Shown one piece after another: positions 27,748 to 39,700 of a stretch of 64,000 nucleotides of DNA (the stretch's first letter is position 1; each line of letters begins with the position of its first letter). Origin of the DNA: a virus (Duplodnaviria; Caudoviricetes); the IMG/VR virus record IMGVR_UViG_3300021255_000070, positions 9,747 to 73,746 of that record. One strand, 5' to 3'. The notes under the pieces are model-generated. The model searched no databases, was not told the DNA's origin, and saw only the letters and a program-made list of their open reading frames with translations. Position numbers and translations under genes: made by a program.

Positions 27748-28647
27748 ATGCCACAAGCTGATTCAACAGGTAAAACTTACCAACAAACAGGTCCTTCTGA
27801 TTTTAGCGCAGCTAACAGATTATGGTCTGATGCTATGAAAATGCAATTGCTTGGTTCTAGTATGATTAGTGGAGCTTTTACAGATGCAGGTAATGTAGCA
27901 CAAGCAAGAAGAGATGCTGACTATTATAATCAACTAAGTCAATATGCTAATGACCCTATTGGTATGGCTCAAGCATTACAGAATGGTACTATTAATTCAT
28001 CAGGTATTTCTAATACTGCTGCTAAAGATACTAGAGATTACTTAACTAGTGCAGCTACTAATTGGTCATCTAATACAAAGACTGCTGATGAAGAGTTTTT
28101 ACGTCAACAGAACGAACAATTTAGTCCAGAAGTTCAGTTATATAAAGACCTTATGAAACAAGGTAAATCTGCTGAAGCTGCTAAAGTTGCTAATGGTGCT
28201 ATTGGAAGAGGAGCTAATGCTAGAATCTTTACAGAAGCTCCTAACTATACTTTAGACCAAGTTAGAGCATCTACTTGGGCTACTGCTGTTGGCTTACAAA
28301 AAGATTTAGAAAATAGAGCTGACTGGTATGCACAGCAAATATTACCTAAAGCTGTTCAATCTATAGGTGGTATGGTTAATAGTGGTAATGGTGAATTTGT
28401 AGACCCAGCATTATTACATGGTTTAATTTACGACCCTACTTCAAGAATTCCTAGTGATTTAAGACCAATAGTTGAATCCAGATTAAGTGCCATGATTGCT
28501 AACAAGGCTAATAATGAAAATGGCGGTAGTAATTTCTTAAGTAACTACAATAACCTTAATACTGGTTCAAATACTAGTCATTCTTCTCAAACTAGCAATC
28601 AAGGAAGTACTGGAGTTACCGGTGCTGGCTTACTTGATAACAGATAA
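27748..28647 (+). CDS. Putative internal virion/ejection protein
   Basis: Cys-free, Ala/Asn/Gln-rich, in the block upstream of vRNAP. Confidence 0.55.
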   Translation: MPQADSTGKTYQQTGPSDFSAANRLWSDAMKMQLLGSSMISGAFTDAGNVAQARRDADYYNQLSQYANDPIGMAQALQNGTINSSGISNTAAKDTRDYLTSAATNWSSNTKTADEEFLRQQNEQFSPEVQLYKDLMKQGKSAEAAKVANGAIGRGANARIFTEAPNYTLDQVRASTWATAVGLQKDLENRADWYAQQILPKAVQSIGGMVNSGNGEFVDPALLHGLIYDPTSRIPSDLRPIVESRLSAMIANKANNENGGSNFLSNYNNLNTGSNTSHSSQTSNQGSTGVTGAGLLDNR

Positions 28648-28663
28648 CTAAGGAGTATATTTT

Positions 28664-29341
28664 ATGTCAGATTTAAACTCACAATTAGAATCTTTATTAT
28701 CTTCTGCTAGAGCAGCAAGAGAAGTAGGTGATGTTGATGCTAGTAATGCTGCTATGAATGCTTTAGGTCAATTTGTTGCTAGTCAGTCTCATACTAATCC
28801 TAATGCTTTATATAATTTAGACTCTAGCAGAGGTAATTATGCTTTAATGTCAGAAGCTCAGAATGCATGGTTAGCAGACCCAAGAAATGCTGAAACTATT
28901 CGTTCTTGGTATGCACCTGCTAAACAGGCTTCAGCATCTAATTCTAGACCTAGAACTAGAGCCAAGGTTAATACTCATAGGTCAACTACTTCTACTCCTG
29001 TTAATGCTAAAGAAATGACAGATCAATATATACCTGCTGAAGGTATTGACCCTAATGGTTGGATACCTGTATCTTCTATGCCAACCAATTTATCACCTAA
29101 TGAAGTAGATGTTAGTAATTTAGGTTATTCATCTGGAACAGGTAGACTGGCTCCTGTATTCCAAACAGAACCATTACCTAGTTCTACTAATTTAGGATTT
29201 TTTAATAATTTAACTAATAGTAATGGTGGCATAGTTCCATTAATTGATTTTGTATCTAATGCTTCTAGCTGGTCACAACCAACTAGCTATCCTAGAACAC
29301 GTAGTTCTTTTAGCTATTTTAATAGAAGCTTTACTAGATAA
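28664..29341 (+). CDS. Putative internal virion/ejection protein
   Basis: Cys-free, Ser/Pro/Asn-rich, SD AAGGAG. Confidence 0.5.
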   Translation: MSDLNSQLESLLSSARAAREVGDVDASNAAMNALGQFVASQSHTNPNALYNLDSSRGNYALMSEAQNAWLADPRNAETIRSWYAPAKQASASNSRPRTRAKVNTHRSTTSTPVNAKEMTDQYIPAEGIDPNGWIPVSSMPTNLSPNEVDVSNLGYSSGTGRLAPVFQTEPLPSSTNLGFFNNLTNSNGGIVPLIDFVSNASSWSQPTSYPRTRSSFSYFNRSFTR

Positions 29342-29352
29342 AGGAGGTTATT

Positions 29353-30669
29353 ATGTCTGATCCAACACTTGCACAAAAACTCCTTAATGAAGGTATTAAA
29401 CGTTATGAGTCTATGCAACAAAATGCAGTTGATCCTGCAAATCCACAATCAGAATCTGACGTTGATAGAATATTAGCTGGTATTTACAATATAGTATATA
29501 CACTTCCTTCCACAGCTCCTTTTGCAGCAGCAAAGGATAGTAGTAATGTTGTAAAAAATTATGTTAATAATACTAAAACTAGAAGTGATTTTGATGATTA
29601 TGTAAATCAGGTTATTGATAATGGTACTTTTGGTTCTCCTAATTCTCCAGCAGAGAGAGAAGCTCTAGCTGATAGTTTTAGAGAAGCTATTACAAGACAA
29701 TATAATAATAGTAGAAATACCAGTATTGATGCTCAGAGAGCTAATACTTTAGATCTTAAGAATAAAGCAGATGATACTGTATTTAATGCTTTAGGTATGC
29801 AAAAAGAATTAGATTATAAACGTAAAGTAGGAACTGATACTACTCCACTTTTATATGCTGATTCTGCACTTAGAAATTCTAGACCTATAAATCCAGTAAC
29901 TAATCAGGAAGAACCTTGGATAGCTAATCCTAAGAATTTAAGTGATTTACATAAGAATATGACTAATGAAATTAATAAATATGTAAATCATGTTAGAGCA
30001 CAAATGCCTGTAGGTATTTCTGGCAAAGATTTAGAATCTATTACTGAAAAAGCTAGGTCAGATGATGATATTTATGATTATCTGGCTCAGAAATTAAGAC
30101 CTGCAAATGAAAAAGATAATGATTCTGTAGCAAAGCAACTTGCTTATCGTCAGGAAATTAAACAGTCACTAGAAGACTTCCAGAGAATTTATCAGACTAG
30201 ACATGGTTATGGTGTTTCTACTGCGGATGCAGCTTTAGCTTATTTGAACCAAAGACATGAAAATAATGTGGGTAATGCAGATTTACCTTTAGGGCAAAGT
30301 ACTTCTGCCTTAGAGCGTGGTCTTAGAAGTGCTGTTGTAGCTAGACAGAATTATGAAACTTTATCTGATTTAGCTAATAAAATTAACACTTATAATGCTA
30401 GTTATAACAATTTAGCTACTATACAGAATAATTATATTAACTATTCTAGATATGCAACTGATATCCAAAATAAGCATAGTCATAAGAAAACTCAATTTAC
30501 AGAAGCTGCTATGAATAATATTCATAAATACATGAATAAGTTTAATGATGATTTGCAGTATAGTGGTGGTTTGTATGAAACAGCAAGTAAAAATTTAGCT
30601 GATACCTTATTGCGAGATAATGCTTTACGTAAAAGTGAGCAACTTAGAAGTGAAACACAATCTTATTAG
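29353..30669 (+). CDS. Putative internal virion/ejection protein (N4 gp51 position)
   Basis: 438 aa, Cys-free, helical; SD AAGGAGG. Confidence 0.55.
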   Translation: MSDPTLAQKLLNEGIKRYESMQQNAVDPANPQSESDVDRILAGIYNIVYTLPSTAPFAAAKDSSNVVKNYVNNTKTRSDFDDYVNQVIDNGTFGSPNSPAEREALADSFREAITRQYNNSRNTSIDAQRANTLDLKNKADDTVFNALGMQKELDYKRKVGTDTTPLLYADSALRNSRPINPVTNQEEPWIANPKNLSDLHKNMTNEINKYVNHVRAQMPVGISGKDLESITEKARSDDDIYDYLAQKLRPANEKDNDSVAKQLAYRQEIKQSLEDFQRIYQTRHGYGVSTADAALAYLNQRHENNVGNADLPLGQSTSALERGLRSAVVARQNYETLSDLANKINTYNASYNNLATIQNNYINYSRYATDIQNKHSHKKTQFTEAAMNNIHKYMNKFNDDLQYSGGLYETASKNLADTLLRDNALRKSEQLRSETQSY

Positions 30670-30687
30670 TTACCTATCTAAAAACAT

Positions 30688-30718
30688 AGAGGATACTTAA
30701 TTGAGTATCCTCTTTTTT
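30688..30718 (+). terminator. Intrinsic terminator before vRNAP
   Basis: AGAGGATACT/AGTATCCTCT followed by TTTTTT. Confidence 0.85.
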
Positions 30719-30782
30719 TATCTTATACTTCTAAGTAGTTTAAATACTAAAATTTGTTTATTTTGAAAGAAGGCGGGTTACT

Positions 30783-33700
30783 ATGTCTGACTTATTTAAT
30801 GCTACTATGCAAATGATCCAAAACAATGCTCAAAATCTTGCTTCTAACCAACCAGCTACTCCGCCTGATGCTATGGTAAGTCAGACTCCTACAATTAATC
30901 CTAGTCTTTCTCAAGAACAGGTAGCTCAATTTATTGACAATGTAGATGGAGCTTCTTATCAGGCAGCTAGAGAAAGAGGTGATACATCTGGTGTATCTCC
31001 TGAAACTCTTAAAGTAGCACATGCATCTCGTGATGAATTGATTCAACTATTAGGTGAACAGGGTGCTGATGCTGCTCTATATAAAATTAATACTGGTATT
31101 AATGCTTATAATTCTGCTTCTTCTATAAGTCGTACAGCTCCTCAATTTGTTACTGATAATGTTTCTAGATTTGCAGGTGGTGTAGCTGGCTTGGGTGGTG
31201 TAGTAGCTACAGGTGCTGCAACAGCAGTAGATAGAACTATTAATGGCTTTACTGGTTCAGATGACTATACATTAACTAAAGCTACAGCAAATGCTTCTAG
31301 AGCCTTAACAGATTTCTTTGATAAAACTTTAACTTCTGATTCAAGAATTGCTCAGCAATTTGCTTCAGATGCACGTAGAGCAGATAGAGCTGCTGCTAAT
31401 CAAGCTAAATATGAATATGATAAAACACATGGTAAAGGTATTGAAGCAGATTTAGCATACTTTGGTAGAGGTGCTACTGATGGTATTAGGAATGCATTTG
31501 ATACTCCTTCTGATTTAGCTGAAGGTGTAGCTGATGTTGCTGGTTCATTAATAGGTTTCTCTACTGGTATTGGCTTAGCTGGTAAAGCTGCACAAGTAGG
31601 CGGTAAATTCTTACCTAAATTCTTATCAAATATGTCTGATGATGCAATTAGAGCATCACAAGCTTTACGAGCTTCTGGAGCCAACGGTAAGCAAATTCTA
31701 GAAGTTTTAGGGGCTAGAAGTGGTGAAAAGTTAGGTGCATTAGATAGGTTAGGTATTCACATGGGTACTCCAGCTATGCTTAATGCTGCTGCTGTTGGTG
31801 GTGAAGGTGTAGAACAGGCATTAGCAGAATTAGATGGTGTTACTGATACTGAATTAATGGAAAGTTCTCCTGTAGCTAAACTCTACTATGATGCTTATAT
31901 ACAGGATGGATATACTCCGAGCGAAGCTATGAGAATGATGAGAGAAAAGATTGAAGCTAATCTCATTATTCCAGCTTTCCAATCAGGAGCATTAGCAGGT
32001 GCTGTATCTGGTAAATTATTAGATAAAGTACTGCGTAATCCTTTAACTTTAAATGTAGGAAGACAGTTACAGAAAAATCAGATTAATATGCTTAGTGAAG
32101 CATATGCTTCTGGTGAAAAGGATTTATTTAATGCTGCTATAGCAAAAACTGCTGCTAAAACAGCTAAGACAGCTAAACCTGAATCTTTCTTAAGTCGTAC
32201 TCTTGCAGAGGGTGGAGAGGAAATAGTAGAAACAGCTCCTACTCCATTTATTAATGCTGCCGTTCAGGAAAACTTAGATCCAACTAGAAACATATTAGAT
32301 AATTGGGGTGAAGAAGTAGGTGAATCTGGTGCTTTAGGTGCTCTTGCTGGTTCTGGAGTTGTATCTCCTGCTACTGTCGGCAGAGGTATTACTAAGGGCA
32401 TTAAGTCTGTTCTTGGTTCAAAGAAAAAATCTTCAGATACTGAGGATACAGAATCTCCTTCACTCTCTAGTATGTCTGAAGAAGACCGTGCTGAAGGTGT
32501 TAAAGAATTTAATGCTGCTATGGAAACTAACGATACATCTGGCTTATCAGCTAAAGGTGTATCTGCCGGTTTAACTGAGTCAGGACTATTAAAGAAAACT
32601 TCTAACGAAGAAGGTATTTCTGAAGTAACCCCTGATGAAAATTTAACTGCTGAAGAAAGTGAGTATGTAACTAATCTTCCTTTAAATTCTTCTGAAAAAT
32701 CTAGAGTTACTGAGTTAAAGAACCAAGGTTTAATTGATAAAGATGCTGTAATTACTACTAAAGCAGATTACTATGAAGCTCTTTTAAATACTGCTGCTAA
32801 AGCTAGTGAGACTGATGAAAATGGTCATCATACTATTACTTTAACTAAAGATCAGTATCGAGTACTTGAAGATGAAATTGATGAGATGGGTACTCAATTA
32901 TCTTGGAAACATTCTGAACAACCATCTGATGCAAGAGTTAGAAATATTGCTAACTGGATGAGTAATAATCAGAACCTTCAGAACCAGAGAAATGAGTTAT
33001 CTAGTCTTGGTTATTCAATGTTCCAAGAAGAAATGAAGGATGAAAATACTGTTAAAGAAATCAATAACATTCAGCAGATTACAAGTAAGCAAGATAATAA
33101 ATCAAATGTAGAACTTACTAATAGTAATACTTTTGGTTCAGTAGTAAGACATGCTATTGCTTCTATTAATAATATTAGTAATTTAATTACTAAGAAAGAA
33201 TCACAAGAATCTGATTCTGAAGTAAATACTCAAGAGATTGATAAAGTAATTGAAGTTTTACAGGCTGTTAAAAATGGTATTGAGCATGGTAATATCAAGA
33301 TTACTTCAGAGAATAATAGACTTATTGCTAAAGCTACTATGGCTCATGAGATACTGTCTCAGTGGAGAAATACAGTACAACAAATCTCAAAAATACCTAA
33401 TGTTAATGCAAATATCTCTTTAGTTAATACTCAAAAAGTAGGTAGTAGAACCAATCTTAATAATGAGAATGCTTCTATAGATTCTATTTCTCAGGAAGAG
33501 ACTGGTTATGATAAACCTCCTTTAATTACTCATCTTAACAGAATGTTAAATGCTTATTTAGCTAATGATATTCTTGGCTATAAAGCAGCTCGTCTGGCTC
33601 TAGATAAATTTATCGCTACGCAGAATGCTAAATTATTTAAATTACAGCATGCCTTAGATTTATACAGAGATACTAAAGCAGGTAAAGTAAGTAATACTAA

Positions 33701-36700
33701 GCGAGATGTTGAAAAGGGTGAATGGACTATTAATTCAAATAATGAAGAGTCTATGAGAAATCTTGCTTCAGCTATTGGATTAGAGAACGCTTTAATGGGT
33801 TCTCTAAGAAATCTTGTTGAAGTATTTATGTTCCAATCAAGTGCTCACAGCGATAATTACAAAGAGCATACACCTTTCAACTTACGAAAGAAGAATACAG
33901 TATTTTCTGAAATAGATGAGAATAAACGTGAATCTAGCAAGACTGCTATGATTAAACGTTTAAAAGGCAGAGGAAGTATCTTAAATACAGACGCTAAAAA
34001 TGCTCTTGAAAGATATTTAAATAGTGCTAAAAATGCTCGTACTTTAATGCAGGAATTAGAACGTGCAGGTGCTACTGATGAACAAGGTGAATTTATAAGT
34101 TCCCCTAACGTAGAAAATCCAAGTACTACTTTTAATGATTCTCAAGTTACTAAAGAAGAAGAAGAAGTAGAAGCTAAATCTTCTGAACCAAGTAAAGAAG
34201 CTACATCTGGCACTGGTTCTACTACTTCTGAAGATACTTCAAGTACAAATATTCCTGAAACAGAAATAGATACAGAAGAAGTTAGTAAGAAAGTTCTAAG
34301 TGCAGAGGAAGAAGCTGTTAAAGAAATATTTGACGGTATTGAAGGTACTGATGAAGAAACTACTGAACCAGATTCTGAAACAGATTCTAAAGGTACTTGG
34401 TATAGAGAATTACCTGCAAATGATTCTACTAAATTTATTAATAAAGGCTATCGCCTATTTACAGTAGAAGCTCATGTATATCTAAGACAGAACCAGTTAC
34501 GTAGCTTCCAAGGTGGTAGATCAAAGATTTATTCTGATGGTGCTGCATTCTTTACAGCAGATGAAATCTTATTATTAAGTCATAATTTAAAAGCTGTAAA
34601 GACCTTAGATAATGATTTAAGTAATTCTACTGTATCCTTGGCTCCTACATCTACTTCAGGTATTAATGGTATTCTATCTAGTTTATGGAAGAGATATACT
34701 GGTGGTAAGAAAGAAAAATCTGTTACTAAAACAGTGGATGATTTAAAAGCACAATATAAGAAAGATGCTTATAACAAGCTAACTAAGGGATTTGATTCTT
34801 ACTATCAGAAATTAAATGATAACTTTAAAGAGTCTACAAATACTTTTAAAGATTCATTTAATAATGAAGCAAAAGTTAAGAATTTAGTAGAAGCTTATAA
34901 CAATGCTAAAGAGTCTTCAGAGAAACAAAAAATCTCTACTGAGATTGAGAATCTGTTATTTACAAGTATGAATAATAGATTTAATTTCCCTGTAGCTTTA
35001 TTTACTAAGAGTGGTAAGTCCAGTGTTATTTCCATTGGCTCAGATGGAGTATCTTTTGAGTTAGAGCTTAATAAAGAAGCTGTTGAAGTAGCTTATCATG
35101 CTATACAGCAAGAATTATATAACCAAAGAAATAAAGCTTCTTCTGTAGATTTAAATTCTCCTCGTTGGGAAAATGTTCAATTCCCTAAAGGTAAAAGACG
35201 AGCTATTTTAGATGAGTGGGAATATGCTGTTAATGCTCATGATGTTATTTCTAATATAATTCCTAAAGTAAAAGGTTATTTAAATATTAGAGATACTTCT
35301 TCATTTACAGAAGCAGAGTCTAATCTTATTGCTCATGGTATAGCTTATCTCATGGCTCCATTAGAAGGAGAAGAAGAAGGTAGTGAGTTCATAATTAAGA
35401 CAGTAACTAATCCAAGTACTTTAAATAGAGATACAGATTTAGCTGCTTATGCTAAAGCAGTAAATGGTAATAAAGATACTGTAAATGTTATCTCATTTAA
35501 ACGTTCAAATGGCACTGTAATTAATACCCTTTATGAACCAGATTGTGCTAAAAGAGCTTCTTCTGTAATGGATGAAATCTATGATTATAGAGTAGATACT
35601 CCTATTAACCTTGGTTCAGAAGGTAAAGCTAATATTGACTCTTTAAATCTGAAGGATAAACGTAAGAATATGCCTCAGAATAGAGTTGGTAAGTATGAAC
35701 AAGAAGTTATTGAAGATAGACAAAGTGAAAAATATACCCCTGTCACTGAGCAATTTAAGCTTTATACTAAATTTTTTGGTAGTAATGATAGAGAATCTAT
35801 AGATAATATCTGTAAAGCATTTACTGGTTATACAAAATCAGAGGTAGATGAGTACTTCAAATTTAGAGCATTGGCTGATGATGATGGTAGTTTTTCAGAG
35901 GAAAAATGGGAAAACAATAATCAGGGTTTTACTTCTAAAGAAGATGCACAGCAAGCTTTTAATGACTATAACATTAATAAGCATGAATTTAATTACATGT
36001 GCAAATTACGTAGCTCTCAGATTCCATATGTTCAAGGCTATGAAACTTGTATTGAATTAGCTAATGCCATGATGGAAGCTTTGAGCTATACAGATAGTTT
36101 ACAAAACTTCTTATCTGAAAAAGTACCTAATTTAACTGATGCTGAAAAAGAACAGATTAGTCAGCATTATGGTTATCAAATTACTGTATCTGGTCGTTTA
36201 CAGGATGCTACTTCATCTATTAGCCCTGTTACTAATAAGATAGTACGTGAACTTATTTCTAATTTAAATCCTGTAACTATTACTAAAGAAGACACAGCTC
36301 CTAAGTCCATACAAGATAAACCAGAATTAGCTACTTGGATGCTAAGTGTTAATCAGGCTTTTGGTCAGAAGTTATGGAGTACCAATCTTCCTACTGCTGT
36401 ATCTAATATTAATAAATATATTAAAGAGTTAAAACCTGAGCTTGGTAGTACATGGAATAAACTTATTTCTATAGCTGAGAATCAAGAAGTAAATAAACTA
36501 ACTACTGAAGAAATTACAGCTATTAGAGAAGCATTAGATAAATATGGATATGATGTATCCCCTCTATCTATCCATGCTCTTGTTGACTTGGCTCAGTACT
36601 CTTCCTTAAAAGCAGGTGAACAGTTTAAATCTTCAATGTATATTGAAGTAGATTCACGTTCTTCTGGTGCATCTATTATGGCTTCTCGTTATAACGTAGA

Positions 36701-39700
36701 TGGATTTACAGAAGATGAAATTAATCTGATGGAATCTGCTGGATATATGGTCTATAGAGTAGAAAGACCATCGGATATTTTAACTGCTGAACCAAACAGT
36801 CATTACAAGAGAGATTTATATCAAAACTCTGGTGATAAAGTAATTAATCAAATTAATGAGGATGGTTCTAAGTTCTTTGCTAAATCTAACAAAGAAGTAC
36901 ATCAGATTAGAACAGCTACATTAAGATTAATGTCTGTATTTAATCCTAAATTCTTCAAAGTAGATATAGATAAAGATGGTATAGCTACTGTAAAAGAAGC
37001 TACTCGTGATTCTGGTAAGACTACCATGACACCTATTGGTTATGGTTCTCAGATAGGTGGTATTTCTCATCAGAAAGTATCTGATTTATTAGATGGAATC
37101 TACAATACCTATAATCAGATGGCTGAAGAATTAGCTGAAAAACCAGATATGTTTAATAAGCTATCTTCTCCAAAAGAAATTCAGGAAGAAATCTTATTCT
37201 TCATTGGTTCTCACTTCTTTAAAAAGAAGAGCGAAGACATATCTGATGAAGCTTTCAGAAAAGAACTTATAGAAACAACTAAAGAGTTCTTAGCAGATAT
37301 GGATACTGTTTATGGTAGCCATTTAGGTATTCAAAACAAGCCTAATAGTTCTACTGAATTTATCGTTACTACTAGAGAAAAGAGAGATGCTCATCCTATT
37401 TTCAAATGGTTAATAGGTAAGAATCCTAATACTCTCATTAATTTACAGAGTGGTTCTAAAGCTTATGCTCGTTTACAACAGATGGTATCTGATGCAAGCA
37501 AGATGGATTACGATGGTGATTTCTTAAGAGATAACATCAAAATCTGTATATCTGACCCTGCATTTAGAGCTTGCCAAGACCAGTTAGGCAAATCTGTTCA
37601 GGCTACAATGAAAGATATTGAGCAGCTAACTAATCTTTCTAACTTGGTTCAGCATATATTTAAGAGTATTGCTTCTACTGCTTTTGCTGGAACCAATACA
37701 GATAGAACTCTATCTCAAGACCAGAAAAAAGCTATAGATAGAACCAAAATAGGTAAAGCTTTACGTAAACTTGGTATTCCTTATGGTGCTGACGGTTCTG
37801 CTTCATATCCTGCATTTAAAGATGGTATTGATAGAAGCTCAAGTAACAAAGTAGCTGAACTACATATTAATGATAAGACCATAAATCTATTTAATTTATC
37901 TAAAGCTACTCCTCTAGGAGAAGGTGGTAAATCAGGTCTTACCCAAGGTGCAGGTGACGGTGATGTAGTTAATATCTTGGTTCATCTAAATAAAGCTATG
38001 GATAGATTCCTAGCAGTATTTGATGGTATCAATATTGAATTAAATAATTTAGGCAAAGTAGCTGACAAGATTACTGAAGCTCAGTTAGAGAGCCATAAAC
38101 AAGTAATTTATGCAGGTATGTTAGATGCCTTTAATGCTATTACAAGTATTCTTAAAGAGAACCCTGAAATTTTCAATATAGAAAATGCATTTAGTATTGT
38201 AGGAAATGAGACAGCCTTCTTTATGCTTAACTTAGTGGTACCTACTGAGTTACATAATAAGATAAAAATAACTGATAAATATACATTAGCTGATTTAACT
38301 AAGTTAGCTAATAATTCAGATACTTATGGTGAAGCTGCTTCAGTATTTAATGAAATAACTCCTGAAGTAATGAAGAAAGCATTTAATTTAGCTGGTAAAC
38401 ATTATCAGGATAAAGCTGTAAGTTGCTTAGCTAAACGTACAGTATTTCATGGTATGCCTACAGATGAATCCTTAAGTAAAAAGTTTACTGCTGGTTCAAA
38501 TTGGGAACCAAGAAAAGATGGCTTATTTACAGTTATGCCTTTGGGTCTATTTAATATGGATTCTTATGGTTCAGGTACTAAAGAAGTACAATTTACTCCT
38601 TTCGTTGCCCAAGATTTAGATGGTAATACTATAAATATTGATACTATAAATGATTGGAATAACTTAGGTAAAGACTTAGAACCAAAGGAAAGAGCTAATC
38701 TTAAAAATCAAATCTTAAATAATACATATGATACTAATCGTGCTTATATTGAAGGTTATAAAGATACAGCATTCCCTGTTACTACTTTTGATGATGTTGA
38801 TAGTACACCTATTGAAAAAGTACGTACTATTGATGATGCTATTAAGGATATTTTTGCAGAGTCTACTTCTGATAAAAACACACGCTATGTTAAAAATAGT
38901 GAAATGCAATTTTTAAAGAGAACTGTAAAAGCACTATTTAATATTACAGGTATTAATCCTAATAATGTTAAGTATGTTGAAATATCTTTTGATAGTAGCA
39001 AAGATAAGTTAATTGAACAGATTAAGAGTCTGGGTCTTACCAGTACAGAAGAAACTGCTCTTATTAATGATATTAACAGTAAGGATAATAAGTTTAATTT
39101 CTCTTCAATAAGAGGATTTACACAAGGTAATCTTATTATTCTTAATAGAGATAAAGGTACTTCTTGGACTTCTACTGATTCAAGATATTTAGTTCATGAG
39201 TTATGCCATATTGGTCTTTCTAATGTACTAGCTGGAAAGCTAACATCTAAAGACACTAGGATTGCTAATGCAGCTAATGAACTTGTTGGTTCTTTAAGAA
39301 GTAATACTAAATATTTCTTTACCTCTCTTGTAAATAGCATATATAAGAATTTAAATAAAGAAACTAGAGATGCTATTGTAAGTTACAAGGGTAGTGGTTC
39401 TGTTTCTGAAAAAGATATTTTAAAGATTCTGTTATCTACTAGTGAAAATACTAAAGATTTAAAGAAACGGATTATTGGAGCTTTAAATGTAAATAATCAA
39501 ACATCTAGTGAAACTGTCAAAGCATTCACTGATATGTTTACTCAGTTAGGTTTAGAGTATGGAAATACATCAAATCTATTTAATGGTTCTGTAGCAGATT
39601 CTACTGAAGCTGTTTTTGACACTTTGCTGAGCCAACCTAATGTATTAGACGAAGCTATAGCTTGGGTTAATTCTACTATTGAAATTAATAGATATGCTCA

